A stretch of DNA of 64,000 nucleotides from Takakia lepidozioides (lineage: Eukaryota; Plantae; Bryophyta): the NCBI GenBank assembly GCA_030704615.1, contig CM060731.1, positions 49,910,001 through 49,974,000 of the forward strand. The letters run 5' to 3'. Shown in pieces: positions 1 to 11,972 of this stretch (position 1 is the stretch's first letter; each line of letters begins with the position of its first letter). A program made the translations under genes and the position numbers. The notes under the pieces were generated by a model, which ran no database searches, was not told the origin of the DNA, and was given only the letters and a program-made list of their open reading frames with translations.

Positions 1-2684
1 GGGGGAAACTCTTTCTCCAACAAACAAAGCGTTACAACCACATCCTCTTTCAGGGCTGGTAGTTCCTCGGGATCCACTGTTTTCATGCACAATGCGCGAA
101 ATACACGAGATAGCTTCATGATTGCGAGCCTTGGACCTTTGCCCAGCAAACCTCGAATGCACAAAGGTAGAACTTGTTGCATCAGTAGATGGTAGTCATG
201 ACTCTTCATGTGTGAAAGCTTGTTCTTAGCAATATGCTTCTTAAATGAAGCACCATACCCTGTCGGTGTCTTTAGAGCACCCAAAGTTGCATAGAAGGTA
301 GTAGTTTCCTGTCGATTCAACACGTAAGGAGCCTGCGGCTTCACCAACTTCCTGCCATCTCCGGGGTGGGGTTTCAACCATAAGTGAGGTCGTATGCCCT
401 CATTCTCCATGTCCTTCCTGCTCTTTACTGTGTCATTTTCCCCCAATATGGTGCGCAATATGTTTTCAGAAATGTTTTTTTCACAGTGCATAACATCAAG
501 GGTATACTGTATCAACAAATCCTGCAATCATGGAACCACCATCAATATGGTATACTTTGATGGTAAAGCCAAGAGATGACATCTTAATAATGGGAAAAGG
601 AAGAAACTAGCCTTGCATGCTGCAGATAGTATCCAGAGAGACAAAGCCAGACATTTTCATGGAAACAACCATATTGCTGCTACATGTGCCATACATAGGC
701 GACTCCAAACTTGCTTCATGCAATTTGCATTAGGCTGAAATCTAAGTCATGTGTGATGATCCTTACAACTGTATCCATGCAACTATGAAATCAGCCCTGC
801 CGACAAACAAACAATAAAGACATACCCACCTTCCAATATGGCAGGTTCCAAAGGATCGACCTTCGCTTCATGCCATGGGATTTGGCAGGGCACACATTCC
901 GGTGATGGTTGCCAAATGTTTCCATGAACCTCTCGTTTTCCTCCGCATTTTGGAGCTGATCCACAGTGGATACTTGGGGGGGGGGGGTGGTCTGTGATCG
1001 GAGGCTCCATTGAAGTGGTTACGATTGCGTCTATATGGATGGCCTGCTGGTAAGAATTTTTTGTGCCCCTGGTACACCATTTTGCTCAGTGCACTGGAGT
1101 GCCTGGCATCAAGATTGGGCCCGCACACGGGACAAGCCTTGTAGCCCCAACTGCACACCCTGCTAGCATGGCATATGCAGGATAGTCATGTACTGACCAC
1201 ATTAGAATGGCTCTCATGACAAAGGTCCTTGATCCTTCATTGCCAGATGCATCATTAGCCCTAACACCTTCCCACAACACGGTCAGCTCATCCACCAGAG
1301 GCTGCAAGAACACATCCGCATTGGTCTTCTTCACGGATGTCGGCCCTGGAATTAAGAGTGTCAACATCATAAAAAAAGGCTTTGTGCTCAGCCAAGGAGG
1401 AAGGTTGTAGTTCATGAGCAAGACTGGCCACGTAGACCATTTTGTTGATTTATCACCAAAGGGATTGATACCATCCCATGCCAGACCTAGTCGCAAGTTG
1501 CGAGGTTCAGCTGCAAAAGTAGGCCATGTATCGTCAATGTATTTCCATGCAAGGCTGTCAGGCGGGTGTCTCATCTTCCCATCTTGACTTTGGTTCTCCA
1601 TGTGCCACACCATAAGCTTAGATATCTCCTTGCACTTGTACATGCGCTGCAGCCGGGGAATCAAGGGGAAATGCTGCAAGACCTTATGTGGAACCAACGT
1701 CTTCATGCCAGGGATGTACCGAGGCGCCCCACATTTAGGGCAAGATGGTGCATCCTGCAGATCTCCCCTGTATAACACACATCCCTTCTCACAAGCATGG
1801 ATGCTATCGTAATTAAGCCCAGCTTTTGTTATAAGTTTCTTCGCTTCGTAATGAGATTTGGGCAAAAAGTTCCCTTTAGGCAATAGATGTCCGTGAAAAA
1901 GTTTCAGAAGCTCATCCATCGCTGCGTTTGTGACACCATGAGTAGCACTAACATTGAGCAAAAGCAACGTCGCACTCAAGCAGCTGGTGGGGCAGCCAAC
2001 ATACAGAGGTGTGGTTGCTTAATGCTGAAATTGGAAAGCAACACCGTCATCCCCATCCCCATGACTTTGTCCATCATGATGGCGCTCGTCTTCTCCAAGC
2101 CCTTCATCCTCATTAATGGTGCTTTGCACATTATCTGCAACTGCAAATGTTTCCTGCAACATACGAATGATGTCGACGTCGGGGTCCAGATTCTCTCCAC
2201 CACAAACAGGAACAGGGCTAATCTGTCTTTCCACATCATCCTCAGGGGGGCTACGTTCTTCCACAAAGTCTTTGTCTTCGGAGTCGACACTCTCCACCTG
2301 CATGTTCACCTGCAAACTATAAGAGTATAGTCTTGTCCAAAATGTAACGTGTTGCATAAAACAGGGAATCTCCAAATTGACCGTGCTAGTTTCCATACAG
2401 TAGTCCACCGTACATGTACAGTGGAGGGCCGTTCAACATTACCATTCTAAGGGCTTCATCCTAAGTTATGTCTGCGAGAAGTGAGGCGAGAGATGCACGT
2501 CACTCACCATGGGATAACCCAACAGTGGATTTCGGTCGTTGGCAAGCAAATGCAATTTGGCAGTTTCCATGAATTGGAGTCGACCCCCATGGCAGTCGTT
2601 GCAGGGACACATTATCTTTGAAATACCCAGTCTAGTTGCATGTCGTTCCTCGATTTGCCAAAGTCTTGCGTTAGTGTGGGGCAC
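1..2684 (-). pseudogene. CACTA TnpD transposase (transposase-associated domain, Transposase_21, DUF4218-type C-terminal region); spliced, with frameshifts
   Basis: CPCNDCHGG..LHLLAN (2466-2684). YDSIHACEKGCVLYRG..CPKCGAPRY, MRHPPDSLAWK, PRNLRLGLAWDGINPF and WSVHDYPAY (1086-1979). DVMHCEKNISENILRT and MKSHDYHLLMQQVLP on - within 1-520. Confidence 0.9.
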
Positions 2685-2952
2685 CGCAGTGCGGCGCCGT
2701 GTGTTTCTAGTTCCGGCCTCTCTTATCCCCCACGAAACGCTTCTGGGTTTGGCTAGTTTTTGAAGTGGGAAGTCAGCGAGTGCTCGGATGTGCGGAACCT
2801 ACGTTTGTGCTTGCAGGCGTTGGAGTATTCGTATGGCGGGTCCACCTCCCCTCCGTTTCCTACATGCGCTCCTTCTATTGTTTGATCAGTAGATCATGGT
2901 AGTCTTGTTTGAGGTCGATTACTGCAATTTGAGCGACGAGGAGGAACCCGCC

Positions 2953-5900
2953 ATGGCACGGACACGCAAGGCCTCTACACCCGACACCCCTCCATGCACT
3001 ACCTACGAGGAAGAGCGAGAGAGGCGCATAGCGGCCAACAAGGAGACGTTGGCTCAGCTGAACATTGGGAGCGTTGCGCGCAGGTGAGCAGATCACCCTT
3101 GTCCTTAGTATGCATGCTACACAGGTAGTGAGTAGGGGTTTCCCACCACATTAGCCTACTGCTTTTCCCTCCCATAGGTTTCATGGTGATGGCACTTTCA
3201 CGATCGCCTTTTGTTTAGGGCTAGATTCACACTGGAAATGTGTGCGTAGCATAGCTAGGAGTGTACAACGGCCGACTAGGAGCTCCAAAGTTGTGTGGAA
3301 CGGGCCTCCTCGATGAAGTGGGCGCTTGAAAGAACTAGCATTACCTTCGATGGCGGAGGAAGAGCCCGAGACTCCCCAGTCGGTGGGCTCTGAGGCAGAG
3401 GAACTCAACGAGCGTGATCAGGAGCTCGATGAGGATTACAACATAGATGACGATGACGATTCGGAGGAGGAAATGCACGAGGACATAGAGGAGGACGAGG
3501 ATGGAGATGATGTGGACAAGGTATCAGATTTGGAGAACTACATCAGTGGTGCATGTGGACTGACCGAGCCTCCCAATGCAACGCATGCTCCGAGGGCACC
3601 AAAACGGCCAGCTCCTCTTCCACGAGAGGTAAGTGGGCATTTGCTGTACTGATTTCTTAGGTTTGTGGCAGGATTTGCATCTTCTTATTTGTTTTTCCTT
3701 TTGGTCCCAGCAGTTTTTTCCATTTTCCACTAGCAGGATGAAGCACCACTTTCTTGCCCTCTATACCTCATGATACAAGGGTTTATCTACTGTCTATTCC
3801 TTGGAACCCAAATCTGTTATTAAAGTCTTCTATACATTTTTACATTTTGTGCCATGAGAAATGCAACTCTGCAAATTGCTGACTCCCTCACAGGAGGTTC
3901 AAACTTGTGATGGCCTGTCTTAATACCCAAAAAGCGCAAAGGGGGTTGTGGGAAGGAAGGACCTGCACAGGTAGGGGGCTGCATATTGTGGTGTCATGTT
4001 GCAACAAGAAAGAAATTGTAGTGGGAGAGGAGGAACCCCCAGGAGCACGATGGTAAGCGCCTCATCAGCCAGCCATGTCCGAGAGGGGGCGCTCACGACT
4101 CTTCCTCCCCCATCTTCCTGCCCCCTCTATTGTCAAATGTTGATAATATATGAAGCCATTATCAGCCATTATCATATTGTACTCTCATTGATATGTACGA
4201 TGGTCATCGGGGCCAGATTGTCCCTACAAGGGATTCCCCAAAGAACCCCGAAAGAGGGTCGAAACATACAAGGAGGACTTTCCCAGTGACGTTTGGCGTG
4301 TTCAATGGATCAGACCTAAATGCATTTTGGGTGCGATTTCTGCTGCATTCAGTGTATGTATATTATAGAGCGCGTTTTTTGTTGATGTATCCTACATGAT
4401 GTTCATGCTTTATCTTCCTACATAACTCTTTCCCACATGTTGATTTGCAGGATCCAGTGAGAAAGAAGAAGGGAGTTGCTCCGGCAGGTGTTTTCAACCA
4501 TCCCTCCCCACGTCTTCAACCAACCCCGGATGGAGGAGGCCCTCCCTCCTTTCCACGTAACACTGGTGCGTTTTATCCCCCTGGCATTCAGAGGTATGCA
4601 CAGTATGAACAACAGACTGCTCATGTTCCAGCCGTCTGGTAAATCTGCCTGTCTCATGACATTGCCAATATATTCAGGTAGTGAGGTGTCTTGTCATTTG
4701 TATCTTACTCTTAGAGGATGGCATTCTCCTTGTCCTCTAGGAAGCCTATTGACATTGGGTGGACTTGAAACGGGAGTACATTAATGTCTCTGTGACTAAA
4801 TGCCGGCCTTGTGACCTCGTGTCCTTGTTTGTTTCGACCTGAAGCGCTTTGCTTCAGTTAAGGTAGTGCATTGGATTTAGTTGGAAAGCTTGGGGCCTTT
4901 CCCTCTTTAGAATATGCCTACATAGGTCAGCAAGTACAAGCGCTGAAGACTACTAAAGGTGCAGTGGTGACTTCATCGGTTGACATTGTCAAAACCTTTT
5001 AAACTCACTACAGTATCCTTGGCAGAACTTCTAGGTCTAACAGTGAGGGGTCTTCTGCTGAATGGAGGGACACAGTTGGAAAAACTGTTCCTATGATTCA
5101 AAACAGCCCTGATGAACTGGAGTATATTTCAATGGCTTATAATGCTCCCATTAGTTCTTCTGAGATTGTGGAAGCAATTGAACATTTAAATGGATATAAA
5201 GCTGGTGGACCTGATGGTATTGTCAACGAGCTTATCAAGCACGGTGGCGATCCCATGATAGAGGCCCTAGTTCTCCTCTTTAACCTTATCTGGAAGACTG
5301 AAATGATCCCCTTTCGCTGGCGACAGGGGGTCATTGTCAATCTATACAAGAAGGGTGACAGAGAAGAACCGGGGAACTACCGTGGCATCACGCTCCTCAA
5401 TGCTGTTGGCAAGACATTCTGCAGAGTTATAAGTACTCGTCTCGAGGTTGATCTGGAGTCTAGAGGTTGTTTCCACGAAGGCCAAGCTGGCTTTCGGCGA
5501 AACAGGGGCTGTGTGGATCATATCTCCACTCTAAGCCAGATTATCCAGGGAAGGAAAAAAGAAGGGAAACCCACTTATGTCTTTTTCCTGGATGTCAAAA
5601 AGGCTTATGACACAGTGTGGAGAGATGGCCTATGATTCCGCCTCTGGTCTTGTGGGATCAAGGGAAAGATGTGGAGAGTTGTCCACAACTTGTATGCTCA
5701 CACCAAAAGCTGTGTCACTGTTAACGGACAGAAGTCCAACTTCTTTGACATAGACCAAGGTGTAGCTCAAGGATGTACTCTCTCCCCTCTACTCTTCAAT
5801 GTTTTCATCAATCAACTCCTCGAGGATGTGGAAAGTGAGGGATTTGGGTTAAGGGTGGGTGATACCACCATACCAGCCCTTATGTTTGCGGATGACTTCG

Positions 5901-8734
5901 CAGGCATAGGGGAGACTCCAACCAATCTCCAGGAGTTGATTGATTGCGCGAAGAGATACTTTGATCTTTGGGGGCTAGAGGCTAATGTCAGCAAATGTGC
6001 AGTGGTAGCATTCAACGACAGAGGAGAGGGAGGAAGTGATCTTAAGTGGCAGTGGGTAGCCAAGAGATCCCGGTCCTCCCTTCCTACACTTACATGGGCG
6101 TTGAGTTCTCCTCCAATTGTAATTGGGATGCACATATCCGGAAAGTTGTTCAAACTGGCAAGGGCAAAGCTCTGGGGCTCACTAAATTTTTCCACTGCAG
6201 AGGGGTCAACTCTGAGGTTAAGAAAACCATGCTTTGTGGCGTTATTAGACATGCCTTGGAGTACGGATCTGCTATATGGGTTGATAACTCCAACCAGGCT
6301 AAGTCTCTAGAATCCATTCAAGTGGGGGTGCTTAAGGAGTGTATGTCAGCATGCTCCAAAACAGCCAATGTGGCTGTTCGGGGTGAGTTTGGCATTCCGT
6401 CCTTAAGCTCCCGACGAGATGAATTCAAGGTCAAATGGTGGGGTCAGCTGCAACATATGCCCAACACCAGATATCCTAAATTAATCGACTCTATATCTTG
6501 GAAACATGACCGCTCTGTCAAACAGGCTAAGTCCTGGCAGAAGAGAGTAGAAGAGATCCTCAAGGACCTGGACCTGGATCCGCAAGTCTTGACCCTGCTG
6601 GATAAATCTGACTTAGAGGCTGTAGTGTCCTTAGCCATGTCTGTTGCCATGAGATTGTCTGATGAAAATGAAGTTAGGCAGAAAACTTCCCTGAACTTGT
6701 TTCCAGTCTGTGACATGGGGGAGGACATCTTGGATGACCTCAAGGGTCTACCCACTCTCGGCACTAGACTGAAATTTAAACTCAGGACAGGAAGCCTACC
6801 TTTGAACAGCAAACAGAAGCAGAGAGGGAAGGGAGAGTGCAATTGCCCGTTGTGTGGGCAATCTGAAGACAGTATTCATTTTCTGATACACTGTCCGGGG
6901 TTCTCTCACCAAAGAGACGCTCTCTTCAAATCCATTAAGGGAATTGTGCCTGTACCCTTGTTTACCAACTTTGAAAGTCTCGAGGCTGAGCCAAAAGCCC
7001 AGGCCCTCCTGAGGCCTAGTTTTTGGGCAAATCACACACAGCAGATTGATGCTTGTGTGAAGGGATTTCTAGAGGATATCTGGAAAACCCGGATTAATTC
7101 TTTATATGGAGGTAAGTCTTACTACCAACGTCAGCCCCTGACAGAGGTAGGTTCTGTCCCTTTTTTTCCCGCTCAAACTGGGCGCGGGGTCAATGGCCAC
7201 AAGGCTACGGCAAACAACGTCTTATGAGTACATCTTAGAGGATGGCACTAATATTCCCATATCATGTCCATGTGTAGGCTAAGACAAGTGGTCGTCCTCC
7301 ACTTCTATCCGAAATTTCGGGGAGCAAGAATAGCAACAAGGGGTATGGTTCTGATTCAGCAGGGGCCACCAGATCTGTAAGTATCTAACCCACCTGCATT
7401 TGTTGCAATGATGTGCCTGTCAATTATTTATGGTTTTGCCTTCCTGTGTTGTTGTCCAATAAATTACCTCGCATGGCTAGTGCGATAGATGTATTGAATC
7501 GTATTTGCACTCTTTTTGTGGCAGGGCCTTGGAGCATTGGCTTCTCGGCTTGATGGCTTGGAAGGATGGAAACATACAATGGAGGCCAGCTCAATGGAGC
7601 ACAAATTGGAATTGCAGGTAGTGAAATCCATGTTTGCCGCTGCAGTATCTAAGACAGACAAGTTCAACATGGCATTGGCAGCGAAGCTCGGTTTGGACCT
7701 GCCGAGGGATGAATCTCCATCAACATCAAACATTGTGTGTGAGTTGTCGCCCCCTGTTCATGGTGTTGTCCCACCTGCGACTACTGTGGAAATGACAAGT
7801 ACAGGTGAGCAGCCTCCTAGCAGTGGAGGCAGTGGACAAAGGAAAGGGGGCAGTATTGTGGAAGAAGATGCCACAGGTGAGGACAAAGTTCAGAACATGG
7901 CATGTGACGATCCTTGCCTTAATTATGGTGCCAATGATGACCTATCCCCCCTTATTGAGAAGGGAGTGCCTGTACTGGAGGATCACACCGGCAGTGAACT
8001 TAGACAGAGTGCCCAAGACATAGGGGCAGGGGCTAAGGGCATAGGAGTGGTTATTGTTGGGGCAGGGAAGAACATTGATTCAACAACAAAATTGGCCGTT
8101 GTACGGAAGGTAAGTACTCGTGTTCCTATATTCTTGTGCTGTTTCAAGTCGATTATGCAATACCTGTAGGTCGTTCATGACTTCTGTGTACATGTGTGGG
8201 TTTCTATTGATTCAGAAGCCACCAAAGGAAATTGTTGCGGTGAATATGAGGAAGAAGTCCGCAAGACTTGCTGCCAGCAATGTTGATGGGAGCCGTATGG
8301 GAAGCTTCAAAGCGCCGGCACCTGTTGTAAGTTTTCCTTCGTGGAAGTACATCCGTATTTTGTTTGTAGGGCTATATGATGGCATCTCGCGTTTTCCCTG
8401 TCCATAACTGTTGCATGTGCATAACAAATGACAAGGGCACACATTGGTGGTGTTGGCTGTCCCAGTTTCAGGTTGGTGACAAGGTCACAATGTTTGACCC
8501 CAATGCACCCAAACGGAAGGCAGGCGTGGGCCATATATTGGGCATGTCGACTGACTGGCTTGCTTATGTCGTTCATGCCGATTATCATGTTGTCTCGGTT
8601 GAATCAGTACATGGGGCAGATGTTGATCTACCATACCCCAACAATGATGTTAGGCCTCCATTGTGATGCTCAGTGACACTGTAGGCAGCACGGCCCTGTG
8701 GTCTGCCAAGTTCCTCAAAGTGACCCGAACATGA
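2953..8734 (+). pseudogene. CACTA second gene (TnpA-like), multi-exon, LINE inserted in a presumed intron
   Basis: N-terminal YEEERERRIAANKETLAQLNI helix, acidic exon (3350-3628) and coiled-coil exon (7525-7700). C-terminal FQVGDKVTMFD..VVSVESVHGADVDLPYPN..LSDTVGSTALWSAKFLK resembles the Tnp1/En/Spm (Transposase_23/DUF8039-like) terminus, with a frameshift near 8665. Exon structure only partly resolved. Confidence 0.6.
4724..7232 (+). mobile_element. 5'-truncated non-LTR retrotransposon (RTEX-like LINE): RT plus C-terminal zinc finger
   Basis: RT motifs KAGGPDGI, NYRGITLL, QAGFR, FLDVKKAYDTV, GVAQGCTLSPLLF, LMFADD; C-terminal CPLCGQSEDSIHFLIHC. 15-bp TSD TCTTAGAGGATGGCA at 4709-4723 and 7233-7247. 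One TGA (5633) and one frameshift (~6057). Confidence 0.9.
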
Positions 8735-9320
8735 GGTTGTGGGGATCCTCAATTTGAAGGCAATTTTGACTGAACGCCACTTCATATTGATTTCACCTTT
8801 TTTTCGTTATTGTGCGCATCAATGTAGGATTTGGGTACATTGTGGGGTTGTGATCAGCAGTGCAGACTTTGCAATACTTGCATGTTCAGACTAAACTTTA
8901 TTTGGGCAATGAAGGGCGCACCCAACTTTGAAGCACCCTTGCATCTGGTCATTCTTTCTGTTGTTCTGGCCATGCTTAGTCAATTGTACATGTCATGAGC
9001 AGGTTGTTGCCGCAGTGCTTTGGAATTGTGTTTATGTATATGAGTCATATTTCACATGGACTGTGAAACTGACAGTGTGGACAGTATCACGATTTGTGAT
9101 ATGATCATGATGCCTATGGAATAATTGTGCACACCATGACGTCACAAATATGTGAAATCAACCGTAGCTTGCCTGTGGCATCTTCCACATTTTTGTGGAA
9201 TGACCTACAACATCAGCAGTAGAATATTTCAGACCCACTATGGTATGCTCCTGTGGCTATGTGGAATGACCTACAGTATAGGCAGTAAAATACTACACAC
9301 CCACTCCATGCAGATTACGC

Positions 9321-9960
9321 CACGTGCCGTCCTCTCCAAAATACACGCGTTGCCCATACCGTTGCCCACATGTCGTCAAGCCCAGGTAACAGGGTGTCGC
9401 ATCATTTTCCCGTAGGTGTGGACAAGTCCACACCCTTTGTACGTTTAGGATCCACGTGGCGGTGTTTGCCACGGAACATGTGGCCCCCAAACTTGCTGAA
9501 GCTGTGAAAACAGCCAGTGGATGGTCTCACACCGAATGGCTTTTTTCACACCCACATGCCACGCCAGATGTCCGCTCCACATAAGTGCACATCGCCTCTT
9601 TGTCTCCATACACGTGTCATCCCCACAAAAATACACGTGTTGCACACACCGTTGCCCAGATGTCGTGAAACCCTGGTGACAGGCAGTCGCATGGTTTTCC
9701 CGTAGGTGTGGACAAGTCCACACCTTTGTACATCTACGATCCATGTGGCGGTGTTCGCCAAAGCACACGTCGCTCGTGGAAAAAGCCATGAACCCCGTGA
9801 AAAAGGCCACCCGTGGACTTCTCCACAGGGCCACCCGAGAGCCAGGCCGTCCACGGGGTGTCTGAAAGCACTCGTCGTTTCTTACACCCACGGCAGGTGT
9901 GGACTGGGGCGGATTCCACGAAAAAAGTGTGAAAAAAATCGTGGAAAAAGCCGTTTTTTC
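9321..9960. repeat. CACTA subterminal repeats: two ~163-bp direct copies plus GTGGA/TCCAC motif cluster
   Basis: 9321-9484 is similar to 9611-9773. Each copy contains the palindrome GGTGTGGAC-AA-GTCCACACC; further CGTGGA/TCCACG copies run up to the TIR. Confidence 0.8.
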
Positions 9961-9971
9961 TTCTAGTGTTA

Positions 9972-10295
9972 TCTGGATTTGTTTGGCGGTATCAGCACCG
10001 GATTCGCTGCTGTGTTACAGGCAGGTGTGCGAGTTTGGCGTTACCTGTATGTGGAGTGGGATGAGATTGCACAACGCGTCTCCCTATGCCATGTTGCTCA
10101 GTTGGTGCAACAGTACCCTGAGTTGTTGCCGGTGTCTGCGGTTCATGGATATCAACAGGCCTTGCCAACAAACATTTCGTTGCTGGGGGCGCAGGATTTG
10201 GAGCGGGTTGGCTCCATTGATCTGGTAGTGGCAGGTTGGCCTTGCCAAGGGCATTCATCAGCCGGGCATGGCAATGGATTGCGAGACTCGAGGTT
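9972..10295 (+). pseudogene. C5-cytosine DNA methyltransferase, N-terminal half (motifs I-IV)
   Basis: YLDLFGGISTG (motif I), YLYVEWD (II) and IDLVVAGWPCQGHSSAG (IV, catalytic PC), then GLRDSR up to the LTR insertion. Confidence 0.9.
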
Positions 10296-11363
10296 TGTTA
10301 GAGGACTGTCAGGGACTTAGACACTTATACGGGATCTGTAGGGTACCCTTAATTTTTGCACAGACTGAGACCAAGAGGAACCTTAGGGGTGACAGCAGCG
10401 CACTGTAGAGGGGGGTTACACAGCCCAACACAGTCGTCACAGTCGTCACAGCCAACACAGCCAACACAGCCCGTCACAGTCGTCACAGCCAACACAGCCC
10501 GTCACAGCTGACACAGCCGACACATCCAACGCAGCCCGTCACAGTCGTCACAGCAGAACACAGCCGACACAGCCGACACAGCCCGGCACAGCCACACAGC
10601 CAGTCACAGCCCGACACAGCCAAACACAGTCGCACAGCCAGTCACAGCCCGTCACAGTTTCACACAGCCAGTCACAGCTTGACACAGCTGTCACGATCAT
10701 AGGGAACGAAGAGTAGGACAGGGAACGACTGTGGGGAACAACACCTGCGAAGGGAACATGTTAGTTCACAGACGACGGTTAGTGAGGGAAACGGTTAGAA
10801 CCGCGGATAGGAAGATAAAGGGGGAAACGGAGGATTCGGAGGGGACTTCTTGGTGATAGAGGATTCGGAGGAGGACTTCTTGGTGATAGAGGATTCGGAG
10901 GAGGACTCTTGGTGGGAGAGGAGAGGGGATCGGGTAGAGATGAGGAACGGAAGTGAAGATAGAGAGATGATGAGTAGATGCTTGATATACGCAAGGCTGT
11001 AATGATATTGTAGAGCAGATTAGAGACACAATGGCTTCGGCCTGATACCTGATAAATCATAATCGGATACTTTTACGATACAATCACACTGTGTAGAGAG
11101 ATCTGAGTGAAGCTGTGAAATGAATGGATGAGCTGATGGAATCCAATAGGTTGATAAAGCAAACTGATACTTAATTATCAATGGTAAGATAGCTACCATG
11201 AATACCAAAAGGAAAACAAATAGGAAACACCCCCATGATACACTAGCTGTAGGTCATGACTGATTGTTCTGCGCGGGCTGAGTACTTAGAGATTTCCAAC
11301 TCTTCTATCTTGGAGTTTCCGCCTCGAATAGCGAAGGGATGGGTGAGTAAAAGCCGCGCGACA
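10296..11363 (+). repeat. 5' LTR of Ty3 copy 1 (1068 bp)
   Basis: Starts TGTTAGAGGAC, ends GCCGCGCGACA; matches 22627-23673 and 30657-31656. Confidence 0.97.
10419..10695. repeat. LTR minisatellite of 9-10-bp units with core CACAG(C/T)C
   Basis: About 30 tandem CACAG cores. Equivalent arrays at ~22749-23026, ~30779-31032 and ~43075-43357 have different unit order and number. Confidence 0.95.
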
Positions 11364-11951
11364 TTTGGCGACCATACTGGGGACCTGGGACATGAACAAC
11401 CAGATGTGACAGGCATCTGGTGGGATCATGGTGGTTGGACCATTAAAGAATTTGAAGTGAATCAAATTCCCTGTGGAACGAAGGAAGAAAGATTGTCCAA
11501 ACAATTCTTTCAAAGGTTCTTGGAATTGCCAGACGGTTGTAAAGAAAATATTCTTAAACGAGTGCATGATGCTGATCCAGAATGGGGTCTGGAGAAAAGA
11601 GTGATAAAGATTTATCAGGTAGCCTGTAGAGGAAGAGCACGTTGGTTACCAACATTGGTTTATGTGATAGCATTGGTATCCATTAAACGAGTAGAGTTTG
11701 AAGGCTGGGAAGAAAGAAAGGTGAATGTTTATACTCATATGCATGAAGAGCTGGTACTGGTAAAGAATTGGATTCCAAAGGATATTTTGTGGATCAAACT
11801 CACACCAAGAACAGCTTTTCAGACTTGTTTGCCATATGGTTATATGGTAACGGAGACTTCAAGTATAGCCAAGGGTGCATTGAAGCTTGAAAGAAACCCA
11901 GGCATATACGAGAGATATTATAGAAGAGAGTTTTGGTTATTGCCACATTAA
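11256..11951 (+). CDS. Retrotransposon accessory ORF0 (231 aa, unknown function, F-box-like motif)
   Basis: ATG lies inside the LTR and the frame crosses the PBS. Intact and 229/231 identical in copy 2 (31549-32244). Contains FLELPDGCKENILKRV. Confidence 0.6.
   Translation: MTDCSARAEYLEISNSSILEFPPRIAKGWVSKSRATFGDHTGDLGHEQPDVTGIWWDHGGWTIKEFEVNQIPCGTKEERLSKQFFQRFLELPDGCKENILKRVHDADPEWGLEKRVIKIYQVACRGRARWLPTLVYVIALVSIKRVEFEGWEERKVNVYTHMHEELVLVKNWIPKDILWIKLTPRTAFQTCLPYGYMVTETSSIAKGALKLERNPGIYERYYRREFWLLPH
11366..11384 (+). promoter_or_regulatory. Primer-binding site, probably tRNA-Arg-type
   Basis: TGGCGACCATACTGGGGAC two nt after the LTR end; identical at 31659. tRNA identity is inferred from similarity to known plant Arg-type PBSs. 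Confidence 0.75.
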
Positions 11952-11972
11952 AAGAAATGAAAGACATGGGAC

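Larger units (their letters stand above)
1..9968. mobile_element. CACTA/EnSpm DNA transposon, right-hand part (other end outside window)
   Basis: Ends ...gccgttttttcttcTAGTG at 9968 (reverse complement CACTAGAAGAAAAAACGGC), preceded by subterminal repeats. Encodes TnpD-type and TnpA-type proteins. Predicted 3-bp TSD is tta (9969-9971). Confidence 0.9.

Noticed and set aside
9972-10295. Bacterial restriction-modification methyltransferase or contamination
   Set aside because: It is embedded between plant TEs with exact TSD and TIR junctions; no endonuclease or operon context.
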